Positions 47,624 to 57,020 of a stretch of DNA of 64,000 nucleotides are shown here, one piece after another. Both the position numbers and the translations under genes were made by a program. Source of the stretch: Candidatus Thorarchaeota archaeon (GTDB taxonomy: Archaea > Asgardarchaeota > Thorarchaeia > Thorarchaeales > Thorarchaeaceae). Numbering within the stretch: position 1 is the first letter of the stretch; each line of letters starts with the position of its first letter. The stretch covers positions 2,891,006 through 2,955,005 of the forward strand of contig CP070761.1 in NCBI GenBank assembly GCA_020348985.1, in the 5' to 3' direction. The notes beneath the pieces are model-generated. The model did no database searches. It saw only the letters and a program-made list of their open reading frames with translations, and had not been told where the DNA came from.

Positions 47624-49408
47624 TCAATCAGAGATCACTTCTGGCTCTCGACGTTCATACTCGCCTTCGCCGCGAACTGTGACTCTGATCTTCTTCTTAT
47701 CTTCGGGATTCATTCGTTCGAAGATCCAACCTAGATTCGTGCCGCCATCAGCTGCAGCCTGAGAGGGTTCGAGGTCCTCAGGTTCAACAGACACAAATTC
47801 GAAGTCTTCAGGTATCCAGTCAGTGACACGGACATTCTCTACAGTTACCTCGCCTTTGTTCTCAATGACGAGCTGAACGATGTACTCTCCGGTTTCAGAT
47901 CCCTTGTTGATTCCTTTCTTGGCCGAGATGCGCCTCTTCTTGTAGACTACGCCTATCTTGTGGCCATCTTCGTCACTGGCTATCTCAGCTTCAAGACCTG
48001 GCGGATATGTATTTGCCAAGCAACGGATGGGCGACGGATATTCCTTCTCCGGCCGGCTCTTCCAGGTCATGATAGAGTAGTTGATTCTCATGGTCTCGTC
48101 AGGTTCTAATTCCCCTACCGAGTCTTTGAGGTTTGATAACTTAACTGAAAGTGTGTGTGGAGAGTCTGGGTCTTGATCGTCTGGATCGATTGCTATCTCC
48201 ATTTCTCCATCATACTTGTCTCCTCTCACAAAGACCTCTACATACTCGCTTGTTGGAGGCATAATATCGTCAGGAAGGTTGTCAAGAACCTGAACTTCAT
48301 TCAATTTGGCGGAACCGGCATTCGTTACTTCGATTGTTACCTCAACAGGAGTCTTGTCGAAGCTGGCAACCTTGGGAGGGTCAAACGTCTTGCTATATTC
48401 TATCCTATATACCGGCACAAGCTGAGGCGTCTTGTCTATGGTGCCAAGTACCCTTTTGGTGACAACGTTGGTCGGCGTATAGATGATCTCTTGGGTACAC
48501 TTTGGCGGAGACTTGCTTGTGACTTCGAATGAGCTTCTCCACTCATCATTGGGAGCAAGCTCCACAGCCGGCGCTTCATCTATCATCTTCTCCTTATCGC
48601 CGCCGTCTTCGGGTTCTAAGTAAACCTCTGCCTTATCCAGTCTTACCACAAGATCTGACTCGTTGCTGCACTCAAGTGTGCACTCCCAGCTGTTGGGCTC
48701 AGTCTCTGCAGACTCAATCCCAGCCAAGAATTCTGTTAGGGCTGTCATGTCAGGAGCAAGAACCGACCTAGTCTGTTCTTCTCCTCGATAGGTCACAACC
48801 ATTTCGCCTGCGCCCTTGGCATCAACATCTTTGACTCGCCCGCTGGCCTTGATTACTACTGTCGACTCCTCCTGGGGGTAGATTACGAAATCCTTCCATA
48901 CTACAACGCCTGTGCCTTCGTCAAACTCTGCTGTACCTGATGTCACTTCATCAATGGTGATTTCTGTGAGCTCCGATGGGATCGTCTTGTTAAGGACTAT
49001 GTTGTCTATCTGCCCATCTGTTTCATTTTTCAGAGTGATTGTCATCTTCACAGGGTTGTCTTTTCCAAAGGCATATGCCCAGTGAGGTTCTTCGGTTTTC
49101 ACTTCTTCACATGTGTCAAAGACCTCTGTCAGTGTCAATATCGGTGCCTTTGCCGAAACATCGTACGTGGTGTCCCATCTTCCTCCTGCATCGACTTCGC
49201 CAGCAGGAATCGTCTCTTCACCAATGTTTGTTCTATCTCGCGTGTCGCCCAGGAGCACTCGTACGTTCCAGATTCGACTCTTCTCAGACACGTTTTTGAC
49301 ACTTAAGACGCCTGACACCTCGATTTCAGAGAGACCCGAATGCTCATCAAGCTGAGCCTTCTCCGTTTCTTCTATGTCTATTACGACCGTCTTGTGTTCA
49401 CTCAACAC
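47624..49408 (-). CDS. Cytoplasmic all-beta protein: MHD-like N-terminus plus Ig-like (DUF11-like) domains
   Basis: 594-aa acidic protein with no signal peptide or TM and repeated I.V.N.G....N.V.V.D.LP motifs. See findings. Confidence 0.75.
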   Translation of the reverse strand: MLSEHKTVVIDIEETEKAQLDEHSGLSEIEVSGVLSVKNVSEKSRIWNVRVLLGDTRDRTNIGEETIPAGEVDAGGRWDTTYDVSAKAPILTLTEVFDTCEEVKTEEPHWAYAFGKDNPVKMTITLKNETDGQIDNIVLNKTIPSELTEITIDEVTSGTAEFDEGTGVVVWKDFVIYPQEESTVVIKASGRVKDVDAKGAGEMVVTYRGEEQTRSVLAPDMTALTEFLAGIESAETEPNSWECTLECSNESDLVVRLDKAEVYLEPEDGGDKEKMIDEAPAVELAPNDEWRSSFEVTSKSPPKCTQEIIYTPTNVVTKRVLGTIDKTPQLVPVYRIEYSKTFDPPKVASFDKTPVEVTIEVTNAGSAKLNEVQVLDNLPDDIMPPTSEYVEVFVRGDKYDGEMEIAIDPDDQDPDSPHTLSVKLSNLKDSVGELEPDETMRINYSIMTWKSRPEKEYPSPIRCLANTYPPGLEAEIASDEDGHKIGVVYKKRRISAKKGINKGSETGEYIVQLVIENKGEVTVENVRVTDWIPEDFEFVSVEPEDLEPSQAAADGGTNLGWIFERMNPEDKKKIRVTVRGEGEYERREPEVISD

Positions 49409-49481
49409 GGTTCACCCGCATGTCTTCCTATTCATCTCCCACAGTCTCATTCTGGTCTCTGAGTGACATATCCTTCGGGAT

Positions 49482-50180
49482 TCAGGACAGCTCATGTTTG
49501 AATTCGTTCCCAGCCGCCCACTGAACTTCTAGTACTTGACCTTCCTTCATCACAAGCGGCATAGTGTTTCGTGCGAACTGATCAATATACTTACAGAACT
49601 TCTTTGGCTGGTCGTCGTCGGTCCATCTCATAGGAATCCCTATCTGAGGTCCGACGTCTATACAAAGACTAACTGCGTCCTTTACTGGGAACACTCCGTC
49701 ACCTCCGACTGGGGCAATGACGATGTTTGCCTCAAGTGCTCCAAATGGGCCCCTCACCATCGAATCGCCGATGTAAGAGACCTTCATCTTTCCGATTTCT
49801 ATATGCAGGCCTAAGTTTTCAGACTTCTTGCCTGACTCTGGATCTTCTCTCTGCAAAGAGAATGGAGTTATCTTCAGGCCTGGTATCTCGTAGGGTGCTT
49901 CGTTCTTCAAGACGTGAAGAAGCCAAGGCTTAGCACCCTGCTCCTTCACTTTCTCGACAGCAAGTTCGTTTCCTAGAAACCATGCCTTGGCATTTGCGGC
50001 AATCGTAGTAGCATTCCCGACTGCATCGTCGTGGTCATTAGTGGCAACGATGACTCGGATATCATAATCATCGGGCACCACTGTATCTCCATCCCAGATT
50101 CCAGGATTGAGTAGAACTGATGTTTCATCAGACTGTAGTGCGAACGATGTCTTTCCGAAGTACGTTACCCTAAGCAACAA
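49482..50180 (-). CDS. MBL-fold protein (UPF0173-like, degenerate metal motif)
   Basis: VTYFG..SF.L, ATNDHDDAVG, YIGDS, PVGG and IPMRW motifs. Confidence 0.8.
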   Translation of the reverse strand: MLLRVTYFGKTSFALQSDETSVLLNPGIWDGDTVVPDDYDIRVIVATNDHDDAVGNATTIAANAKAWFLGNELAVEKVKEQGAKPWLLHVLKNEAPYEIPGLKITPFSLQREDPESGKKSENLGLHIEIGKMKVSYIGDSMVRGPFGALEANIVIAPVGGDGVFPVKDAVSLCIDVGPQIGIPMRWTDDDQPKKFCKYIDQFARNTMPLVMKEGQVLEVQWAAGNEFKHELS

Positions 50181-50352
50181 ATCACATCCCGTATTCCCGT
50201 CCGGTCACCCAACGGCCAGAATGCTCGTGGACAATGAACCGATGCTGAAGTGTCTTATAAACAAATTCGGCATTTCTCTCTATAACCTCGCCTATTCTCT
50301 CATTTTAAGTACTGCTTCCAAGGGTGGGCACACCTCGCCTCCTCTGAACACG

Positions 50353-50387
50353 TACGAATGCTATCTCTCTTCTTACGAGTGCTATCT
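50353..50387. repeat. Direct repeat TACGA(A/G)TGCTATCT x2, 21-bp period
   Basis: Copies start at 50353 and 50374 and are 13/14 identical. They lie in the divergent intergenic region upstream of nurA. Confidence 0.7.
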
Positions 50388-50413
50388 TTTTATGACTCAA
50401 TCAAGACGAGGTC

Positions 50414-51757
50414 ATGAGAGTAATCCATCACAACGAAAAATCACAGTTGGCGAGGGTTCGTATGCTCGAGAAGATTCTCACTGATAGGTTCAGGAAGCTT
50501 GTTAGAGCAGTTCTTACCGACGTAAGGAATCAACAAGATCTCAGAGACGAGAAGGAGTTTGCAAAGGATGAAGAAAGAATAAAGAACGAGCTCCTTGACG
50601 ATATTGTTCCCTGCCCTGCCAATGAAGTGCTTGATGAGGACTTCACAGTAGCTGCCGTAGATGGGTCCGGAACCGAGAACTTTGGTATTCTGGACGATGT
50701 TCGTCTGCATCTAGTGAGCACATCTGTTGTAGTACTGCAAAGCAACACGCGTAGGGGCACTCTGTTTGAGCCAATGGATCGCGCCCAACTGGAGTCTGAG
50801 CTGAATCAGGAGCAGCCACATCTTGACATGCATTGGCATTCCGGAGTACGGAATGATGCGAGAGACAAGCTGGCAGCATCGCTTTCCGACATCTACCCTA
50901 ACAAGTCAGTGACAGACCTCATTGTGCACTTCTTCCAAGACTATCTAGGCCCACATGTATCCAGCTTCTCAGACATCGACTCTACTGATTACGCCAAGCA
51001 CAAGTCCAAGCTAGAGTCGATTCAGGGGCTCATTTCTCGAGCAGGCTTTCTGACAAATACAGCTGTTCACGATGAGCTTAGAAGGGTGTCTGAGTACGCA
51101 GCAGCCCGCACTGTACTGATAAGTGAAATACGACCGAAGTATATTCTGCTAGACGGTGCACTGAGTGTGTTCATGCATTTTGTACTAAAGTATCCTTCAA
51201 TGCCTAGCGGATTCATGTTGAGAGAGCTGTGCAGCCTTTCTCGAGAGCGCAACGTGATTCTGTGCGCAGTAAGCAAGAATCACACTATTCCTTTTGCCCA
51301 TCGAATAGCCAAAATGGCTGAAGAGAAGTTTGGGACTGGTTCGAAGTGGTTCTGCCTTCTACCCTCTCAGAAGGATCCCGGTGGAGGACTTCATATCTAT
51401 AGTGACAGAACATACATCCCGCCTCGTTTGGCTGTTCCTTATCTCTTCAGCTTCAGTGAAGACAATCGCCCGTCCAGAATCGACTTCGATCGAGTGTGGT
51501 GGAAAAAGAACATCTTCGTGCGCGATGATCCGGCGAAAACCCGCGAAAAAGAAAAGGCGCTGTTCCAAGAGATAGAATTCATGTCCCGGGATGCACGATG
51601 GTATGGATACCCCGTTGCTCTTGCCTTGGCACACGAAGAATGCAAGCTCAGCTACGAAGATCTTAGAATGGCCAGGGAAGTCTTTGCAGATGTACTTCAT
51701 GAGCTTGGCGCAGACGTAAGACGATCAACGCCAATGAGAGAGGATTATGGACTATGA
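50414..51757 (+). CDS. nurA: NurA nuclease
   Basis: AAVDGS, ILLDGAL, AVSK and GYPVALALAHE motifs, in an operon with herA. The start may be ATG 50462. Confidence 0.88.
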   Translation: MRVIHHNEKSQLARVRMLEKILTDRFRKLVRAVLTDVRNQQDLRDEKEFAKDEERIKNELLDDIVPCPANEVLDEDFTVAAVDGSGTENFGILDDVRLHLVSTSVVVLQSNTRRGTLFEPMDRAQLESELNQEQPHLDMHWHSGVRNDARDKLAASLSDIYPNKSVTDLIVHFFQDYLGPHVSSFSDIDSTDYAKHKSKLESIQGLISRAGFLTNTAVHDELRRVSEYAAARTVLISEIRPKYILLDGALSVFMHFVLKYPSMPSGFMLRELCSLSRERNVILCAVSKNHTIPFAHRIAKMAEEKFGTGSKWFCLLPSQKDPGGGLHIYSDRTYIPPRLAVPYLFSFSEDNRPSRIDFDRVWWKKNIFVRDDPAKTREKEKALFQEIEFMSRDARWYGYPVALALAHEECKLSYEDLRMAREVFADVLHELGADVRRSTPMREDYGL

Positions 51758-51778
51758 TACGATTGGGAGGTTGATGAA

Positions 51779-53548
51779 TTGAAGCTAGACAAAAACGCCC
51801 TTGGAACGCCATATGGAAGGGTGGGAGTTGGCAACCAGACGAATCTCGAGATAATCGGAAACAACAGCGATGTGAGTGTTGGCGAGATATTCATGATATA
51901 CTCAAGTAGGGATGGGCACGAACGAGTCTTCTTCTTCCGAGTATTAGGTCTCCAGAACTACCTACGACGAGTTGATGATGTCTCAGAGATAGCGGGCACC
52001 CTTATGGTTGAAGGTGAGTCGTATTTATCCGGAATCGAGCGTAACATGCTTCTCTCACTAGACGGGAGAATGCTCGGTTACGCAGAACAGGAACGTGGGA
52101 AATGGGTCTTCAGATCCCCCCGAAGGTTGCCAGACCATCTTGCGTTTGTCTATAGGCCTCTTCCAGGAACATCTGACGAGACCGTAAACCTGATGCTCTC
52201 CTCACAGATTGACGGTGAGGTTTTCGTGGGTGATTTGCAGGTCGGCGAAGCAACACTTGATGTTCCAGTCATGATTCCCGCAGAATTCCTACCAATGCAT
52301 GTGGGCATCTTTGGCTCTACGGGGGCTGGAAAAAGTAATCTCATGATGGTGCTGATCAAATCTTTCATAGATCACAATCTGGGAGCGAGCCAGAGTAAGG
52401 TAGATTCGAAGCCAAGAATGTCGGCATTCTGCATTGACCCCCATGATGAATTTGCCAAAGGCGTTGACGACCACGGAATACAGAGTGTTGTTGATGCCAT
52501 GGACCAACAGACACGAAGCGATGTCATAGGCGACTTCTACTACTTGACCACCCATCTTCGGGCAACACCTCGTGAGGTCAAGAGATATGCTAGAGAAATC
52601 AATGTACTCTGGAATGAAATCCAGCCAAGGGATCTGTACTCTATCATGGAGTTCACCCCTCAAGGCCAGCTCCTCATTGATTCAGTATATTCCCGAGTCC
52701 ATGAAGGCTGGATTGACCATCTTTTGAAGATGGACGAGGACTCTGAAGCAAAAGCTGGAGCTCAGAAAGGCACTCTGCGTGCAGTACAGCGACGTCTTAG
52801 GTTTCTGGAACGGTCCTCCATTTTCAATGATAGTGGCACATCAATTCTGGATGATGTCTTTGAGGCAGCAGAGACCGGTCGGATACTTGTTGTCAACACC
52901 AGCTTGATGAGTGACAGAGAGCAGTTCCTCTTGACAACGGTTGTAGCACGTACATTGTTTGACCTGAGACGAGCGGCCAAGAGCAGCGGGAATCTTGGCG
53001 ACTTTGAACGACAAGGTGAGATGCGTCTACCAAGACCCTTCTTTCAGCGTGTCAAGAACAAGGCACGAGCATACTATGGGAAAGGTGGAACGACCAATCA
53101 GACTGAAATCCGTGATCTCAAGATGCTTCCCGTGATCCAGATTACTGTAGAGGAAGCGCCATCGATATTGAATCCCGAACTCATGCGTGGGAGATCTGTC
53201 TTCAAGGACATCTCTCGTCAAGGTCGCAAGTTCAACATCGGATTGCTGGTCGTGAGTCAGCAGGTGAGCGTGTTGGACAACGTCATCCTCAGTCAGATGA
53301 ACACGGAAATCAACCTTCGACTAGGCAATGAAAAAGAAATCAAAGCCTGCATTGAAAACGCTAGTGTAAACATCGCAGGATTTGAGGGGGAGTTTCGCGT
53401 TATGGCAAGAGGTGAGGCGCTGCTAACGGCTTCGTACAGAGAGCTTCCGCTCCCAGTTAAGATTCCACTGTTTGACACAGTCTTTGAACGGGACAAGAGT
53501 CTATACAAGGCAAAGGGAACGAAGAAGAAGGAAACCCATCATCTTTGA
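51779..53548 (+). CDS. herA: HerA helicase/translocase
   Basis: N-terminal HAS-like barrel, HVGIFGSTGAGKSN, IDPH.E, VEEAP and RQGRKF.IGL..VSQ. Confidence 0.92.
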   Translation: MKLDKNALGTPYGRVGVGNQTNLEIIGNNSDVSVGEIFMIYSSRDGHERVFFFRVLGLQNYLRRVDDVSEIAGTLMVEGESYLSGIERNMLLSLDGRMLGYAEQERGKWVFRSPRRLPDHLAFVYRPLPGTSDETVNLMLSSQIDGEVFVGDLQVGEATLDVPVMIPAEFLPMHVGIFGSTGAGKSNLMMVLIKSFIDHNLGASQSKVDSKPRMSAFCIDPHDEFAKGVDDHGIQSVVDAMDQQTRSDVIGDFYYLTTHLRATPREVKRYAREINVLWNEIQPRDLYSIMEFTPQGQLLIDSVYSRVHEGWIDHLLKMDEDSEAKAGAQKGTLRAVQRRLRFLERSSIFNDSGTSILDDVFEAAETGRILVVNTSLMSDREQFLLTTVVARTLFDLRRAAKSSGNLGDFERQGEMRLPRPFFQRVKNKARAYYGKGGTTNQTEIRDLKMLPVIQITVEEAPSILNPELMRGRSVFKDISRQGRKFNIGLLVVSQQVSVLDNVILSQMNTEINLRLGNEKEIKACIENASVNIAGFEGEFRVMARGEALLTASYRELPLPVKIPLFDTVFERDKSLYKAKGTKKKETHHL

Positions 53549-53552
53549 GTGA

Positions 53553-54869
53553 ATGAATATGACGGTTCGAATTGCTCACATTTCAGACACACACCTCGGA
53601 ACGAGGTTCCGGTCAGGCATCAAACAGAATGTCTGGGCCGAAGAGATGAGAATCCGTCTGCTAGAGAATGACTTCTATGAACGATTCGAAGAAGTGTTCC
53701 AGAGAATCGCCAATGCCGACCCTCCTGTTAAACTGGTCATTCACTCGGGAGACTTGTATGATACGCCGACTCCCAACAACCCAATCCAGCCGCCAGTCGT
53801 TGCACGTGAAGTTGCAATCTCAGTCTTGAACGAGTTCATCGAAAAAACAGGCATTCCCGTTCTTGCCATTGAAGGGAACCATGGTCTCTACAGAACACTG
53901 AAGGTATCATTACTTGACTCGCTTAGCCTAGCTGTAGAGGGTTTAGATGTCTTCACACAGGTTGATCTAATCAACGCGCTTCGAGATGACAAGCCGCTGA
54001 AGAAGAGCTATGATGACCTCGAAGTCTTCTGCTTCCCATTCATAGATCATGCTGTTCTGGAAGCCACTGACAAGCTTGCTGATTTCAATGAATGGATCAC
54101 TACTCAGCAAACGCCTCGAAGTGATGTTCCATCCATTGGTGTTGCACATGGAATGAGTCAGGACAAGTCATTATACTCCGCCATTCTAAGCATGGGATAC
54201 GACTACGTTGCACTTGGGCATGACCACATTCAGCAGAAACAATCTGCAAGAGCGTGGTACTCCGGTTCAATTGAGCGATGGAGGTTCGATGAAGCTAATC
54301 ACAAAAAAGGGTACTTGATCGTTGAAGTTGCGCCTGGAAAGCAGCCTAAGGTTACCCCCACGCTTTTTGAGTTCAGTAGGCCTGTCTTCGATGAAGATAT
54401 CAGTATTGAGCCTGATGACACGGTGGAATCGGTAATCGCAACTGTTGAATCGTGGCTGCAAGACAAGGGTTTGGTCGCTAAGTGGAACCCTGCAACAGCT
54501 GCTCGAGTTCGACTTACGTTCCAAGGAGAGTCCCCTCGATTAAGTGGACTCGATCTGAACAGCGCAATGGAACTATTCAGAGCTGAGGTTCTTCGCGATG
54601 AATCTCGTTACAATGTGGTCCAGCTAGTTTGGCCACCCAAGAGATCAGTCATCGACCATGACTCAGCAGCCTACCCCGAGATTGTGTCCGAGTATCTCAT
54701 CGAAGATCCTGAGCAAGACTTCAGGAGCTATCTGGAATCCGAGGAGCTGCCTGAAGAATATGATTCAGAGAAGCTGATTTCGATAGCTGTAAAGGCACTA
54801 CAGTTTGCGGTCTCAGGAAAGGGAGAGAAGCTCACACCTGAGCTAGTATTTGAGGAGGAGAAGACTTGA
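53553..54869 (+). CDS. mre11: Mre11/SbcD nuclease
   Basis: HISDTHLG, GDLYD, GNH, AHG, YVALGHDH and YSGSIE...F.E motifs. Confidence 0.92.
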   Translation: MNMTVRIAHISDTHLGTRFRSGIKQNVWAEEMRIRLLENDFYERFEEVFQRIANADPPVKLVIHSGDLYDTPTPNNPIQPPVVAREVAISVLNEFIEKTGIPVLAIEGNHGLYRTLKVSLLDSLSLAVEGLDVFTQVDLINALRDDKPLKKSYDDLEVFCFPFIDHAVLEATDKLADFNEWITTQQTPRSDVPSIGVAHGMSQDKSLYSAILSMGYDYVALGHDHIQQKQSARAWYSGSIERWRFDEANHKKGYLIVEVAPGKQPKVTPTLFEFSRPVFDEDISIEPDDTVESVIATVESWLQDKGLVAKWNPATAARVRLTFQGESPRLSGLDLNSAMELFRAEVLRDESRYNVVQLVWPPKRSVIDHDSAAYPEIVSEYLIEDPEQDFRSYLESEELPEEYDSEKLISIAVKALQFAVSGKGEKLTPELVFEEEKT

Positions 54870-56965
54870 GGTTGCTCAGCATCGAGTTAAGGAATTTCAA
54901 ACCTTTCAGACACCTCAGGCTTCCTGAAGACGAAGACGCCGTTCTCCCTGAAGGTCTGATAATAATCAGGGGCGCGAACTCAACTGGCAAGTCTTCTCTG
55001 TTTGATGCAATTCTCTGGTGTCTATGGGGCTCTGATGCTGTTCTAGCCACCAATGACGAACTCGTCAACTTCTCATCCACACATTGTTGGGTAGACCTAG
55101 TGATTGAAGTTGATGGCACGCGATACAGGTTGAAGCGCGAATTCAGTAGGGCGGACGGAATGTCAGTACTACTCTCTGTGGAGAAGGAGAACGGATGGCA
55201 AAGAATCGCTCACAAGATTTCGGACGTTAGTAGCAAGATTCGGGAAATCCTGAACCTTGATTTGAAACAAGCTCTAGACACACTCCTTGTCAGACAGGGC
55301 GAAGTGGCTAGAATAGCAAATGCGAAGCCCACAGAATTGCGCAAGCTTCTGGGCGAAGTCTACAACATAGAACTAGTCAGGCAGATGGGGTCCCAGCTCG
55401 AGAATCTAGAATCAGAGCTTGACATCAAGATTGGTGTCCTCAATGGTCAGTATGTTCCTCCTGGTTACATTGAGGATGAAATCAAACAGATCAGACAAAA
55501 CGTCGAATCGTTTGAAGACTCCCAAAAAGAGATTGAAGGAAGAGTAGCACAACAAGAAGATAATCTGAAGGGTCTTCCAACCGAAGACTCGATTGAGGAG
55601 CTTCTGGAAAATCAACGTGAGATTGACCAAAGGAGGACAACATACGAAGCGACAATGGTTGACAGGGATCAGTTTCTAACGGATGCAGGGGTCGCAGAAG
55701 CAGATGAACGGGTAGTAGCCAAGAAGCTGGATCTCTTGCGCAAAGAGCTTGTTCGAAACAAAGAGGAACATGAGACTACTCTCGCAAACATAAGCAACAT
55801 CGACAAAGAGATTGGAAGCATTTCTGGAACGGAAGATGATCTTCGTAAGAAAATTGAAACCCTCGAAACCGTTGACGTCAAAGGTGACTCTCCTGCAGAG
55901 TGCCCGACTTGTGCAAAACCTCTAACTCTGGAGCATCGTGACGAGATTCTAGTCGAGTATCGTGCAACGATTGCAGAAGGCAAGAGAAAGTCGAAAGAAC
56001 TTGCTGAGGAACGGCGAGAACTTGTTGAGTCGAAAGAGAAGAATGAGACGCGAATCCGTGACATCGAATCCGCGATGGACGCATTGGATAGACTCGCTGC
56101 AAAGCAAAAAGATGTAGTTGACAGAAGGAATGCGCTAGAAGAGTCTGAAGAGAAACTGAAATCGGCTCTCTCCGATCTTGGCATAAAGGACATTGAGAAG
56201 CTCCTTTCTAAGCATTCTGCTCGTACACTATCCGAATTGTATAGTCTCGCAACTCAATTGACCTCCGACCTCGAATCTCTGAATAGGGAGCGCGAATCGA
56301 TTCAGAAGCAAATAGAGACCCAAACACAAACCATAGAGCGGAAGACAAGAGATATTGCAAGGATGAAGGAAATAGCTGCAGAGCGTGATAACCTCAAGTC
56401 CCTTCTCAATCACACAAAACATGTTCGTCTGAAGCTTGTCAGCGGGTTTGTGGCGGACTACGTGGTCCAGAAGAGGTTGATTGGGATCATCAGAGGGGCA
56501 ACTAATCCCTATATTCGATCTTTCACAAACGGCCAATACACCAATATCGACTTTATAGCAAAAGCGGGCAAAGGTCGTGGGGGTGCTGGCTTGGTCCTGG
56601 AGGTTCGTGACGAGCGAGACGTGGCGAAGAAGAAGTCATCACAATTGAGCTTTGGAGATAGGACAGCTATAAGCTTGGGACTCAGACTAGGAATAAGCAA
56701 GACGATGAGCAGTATACGTCCTATGAAGGACAGCCCTGCAATCTCACCAAGAATTCGCTGTGTGATGCTCGATGAACCGTTGGCGGGTTTGGACCAAACT
56801 CGCCGCTCAGAAGTCGTGCGAAGTCTAGTCGATGACCTTTCTTTCAAACAGATATTCCTAATCACTCACACTGATGTTCAAGAATGGCAGGGCGTGTCTA
56901 TGATTGACGTAAGAAGTGAAGGTACTGCCAGTGTGGCAGTACTCAGGGAAGGGTCTGAAGGCTAA
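54866..56965 (+). CDS. rad50: Rad50/SbcC ATPase (short)
   Basis: L.NFK, GANSTGKSS, Q-loop VRQGE, central CPTC hook, LSFGD, LDEP..GLD and ITH motifs. Confidence 0.92.
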   Translation: MRLLSIELRNFKPFRHLRLPEDEDAVLPEGLIIIRGANSTGKSSLFDAILWCLWGSDAVLATNDELVNFSSTHCWVDLVIEVDGTRYRLKREFSRADGMSVLLSVEKENGWQRIAHKISDVSSKIREILNLDLKQALDTLLVRQGEVARIANAKPTELRKLLGEVYNIELVRQMGSQLENLESELDIKIGVLNGQYVPPGYIEDEIKQIRQNVESFEDSQKEIEGRVAQQEDNLKGLPTEDSIEELLENQREIDQRRTTYEATMVDRDQFLTDAGVAEADERVVAKKLDLLRKELVRNKEEHETTLANISNIDKEIGSISGTEDDLRKKIETLETVDVKGDSPAECPTCAKPLTLEHRDEILVEYRATIAEGKRKSKELAEERRELVESKEKNETRIRDIESAMDALDRLAAKQKDVVDRRNALEESEEKLKSALSDLGIKDIEKLLSKHSARTLSELYSLATQLTSDLESLNRERESIQKQIETQTQTIERKTRDIARMKEIAAERDNLKSLLNHTKHVRLKLVSGFVADYVVQKRLIGIIRGATNPYIRSFTNGQYTNIDFIAKAGKGRGGAGLVLEVRDERDVAKKKSSQLSFGDRTAISLGLRLGISKTMSSIRPMKDSPAISPRIRCVMLDEPLAGLDQTRRSEVVRSLVDDLSFKQIFLITHTDVQEWQGVSMIDVRSEGTASVAVLREGSEG

Positions 56966-57020
56966 GACTGATCACTCTCTGAGCAAATGATTAATCAGAT
57001 GGGTTACAGGTTTCTGAAGT

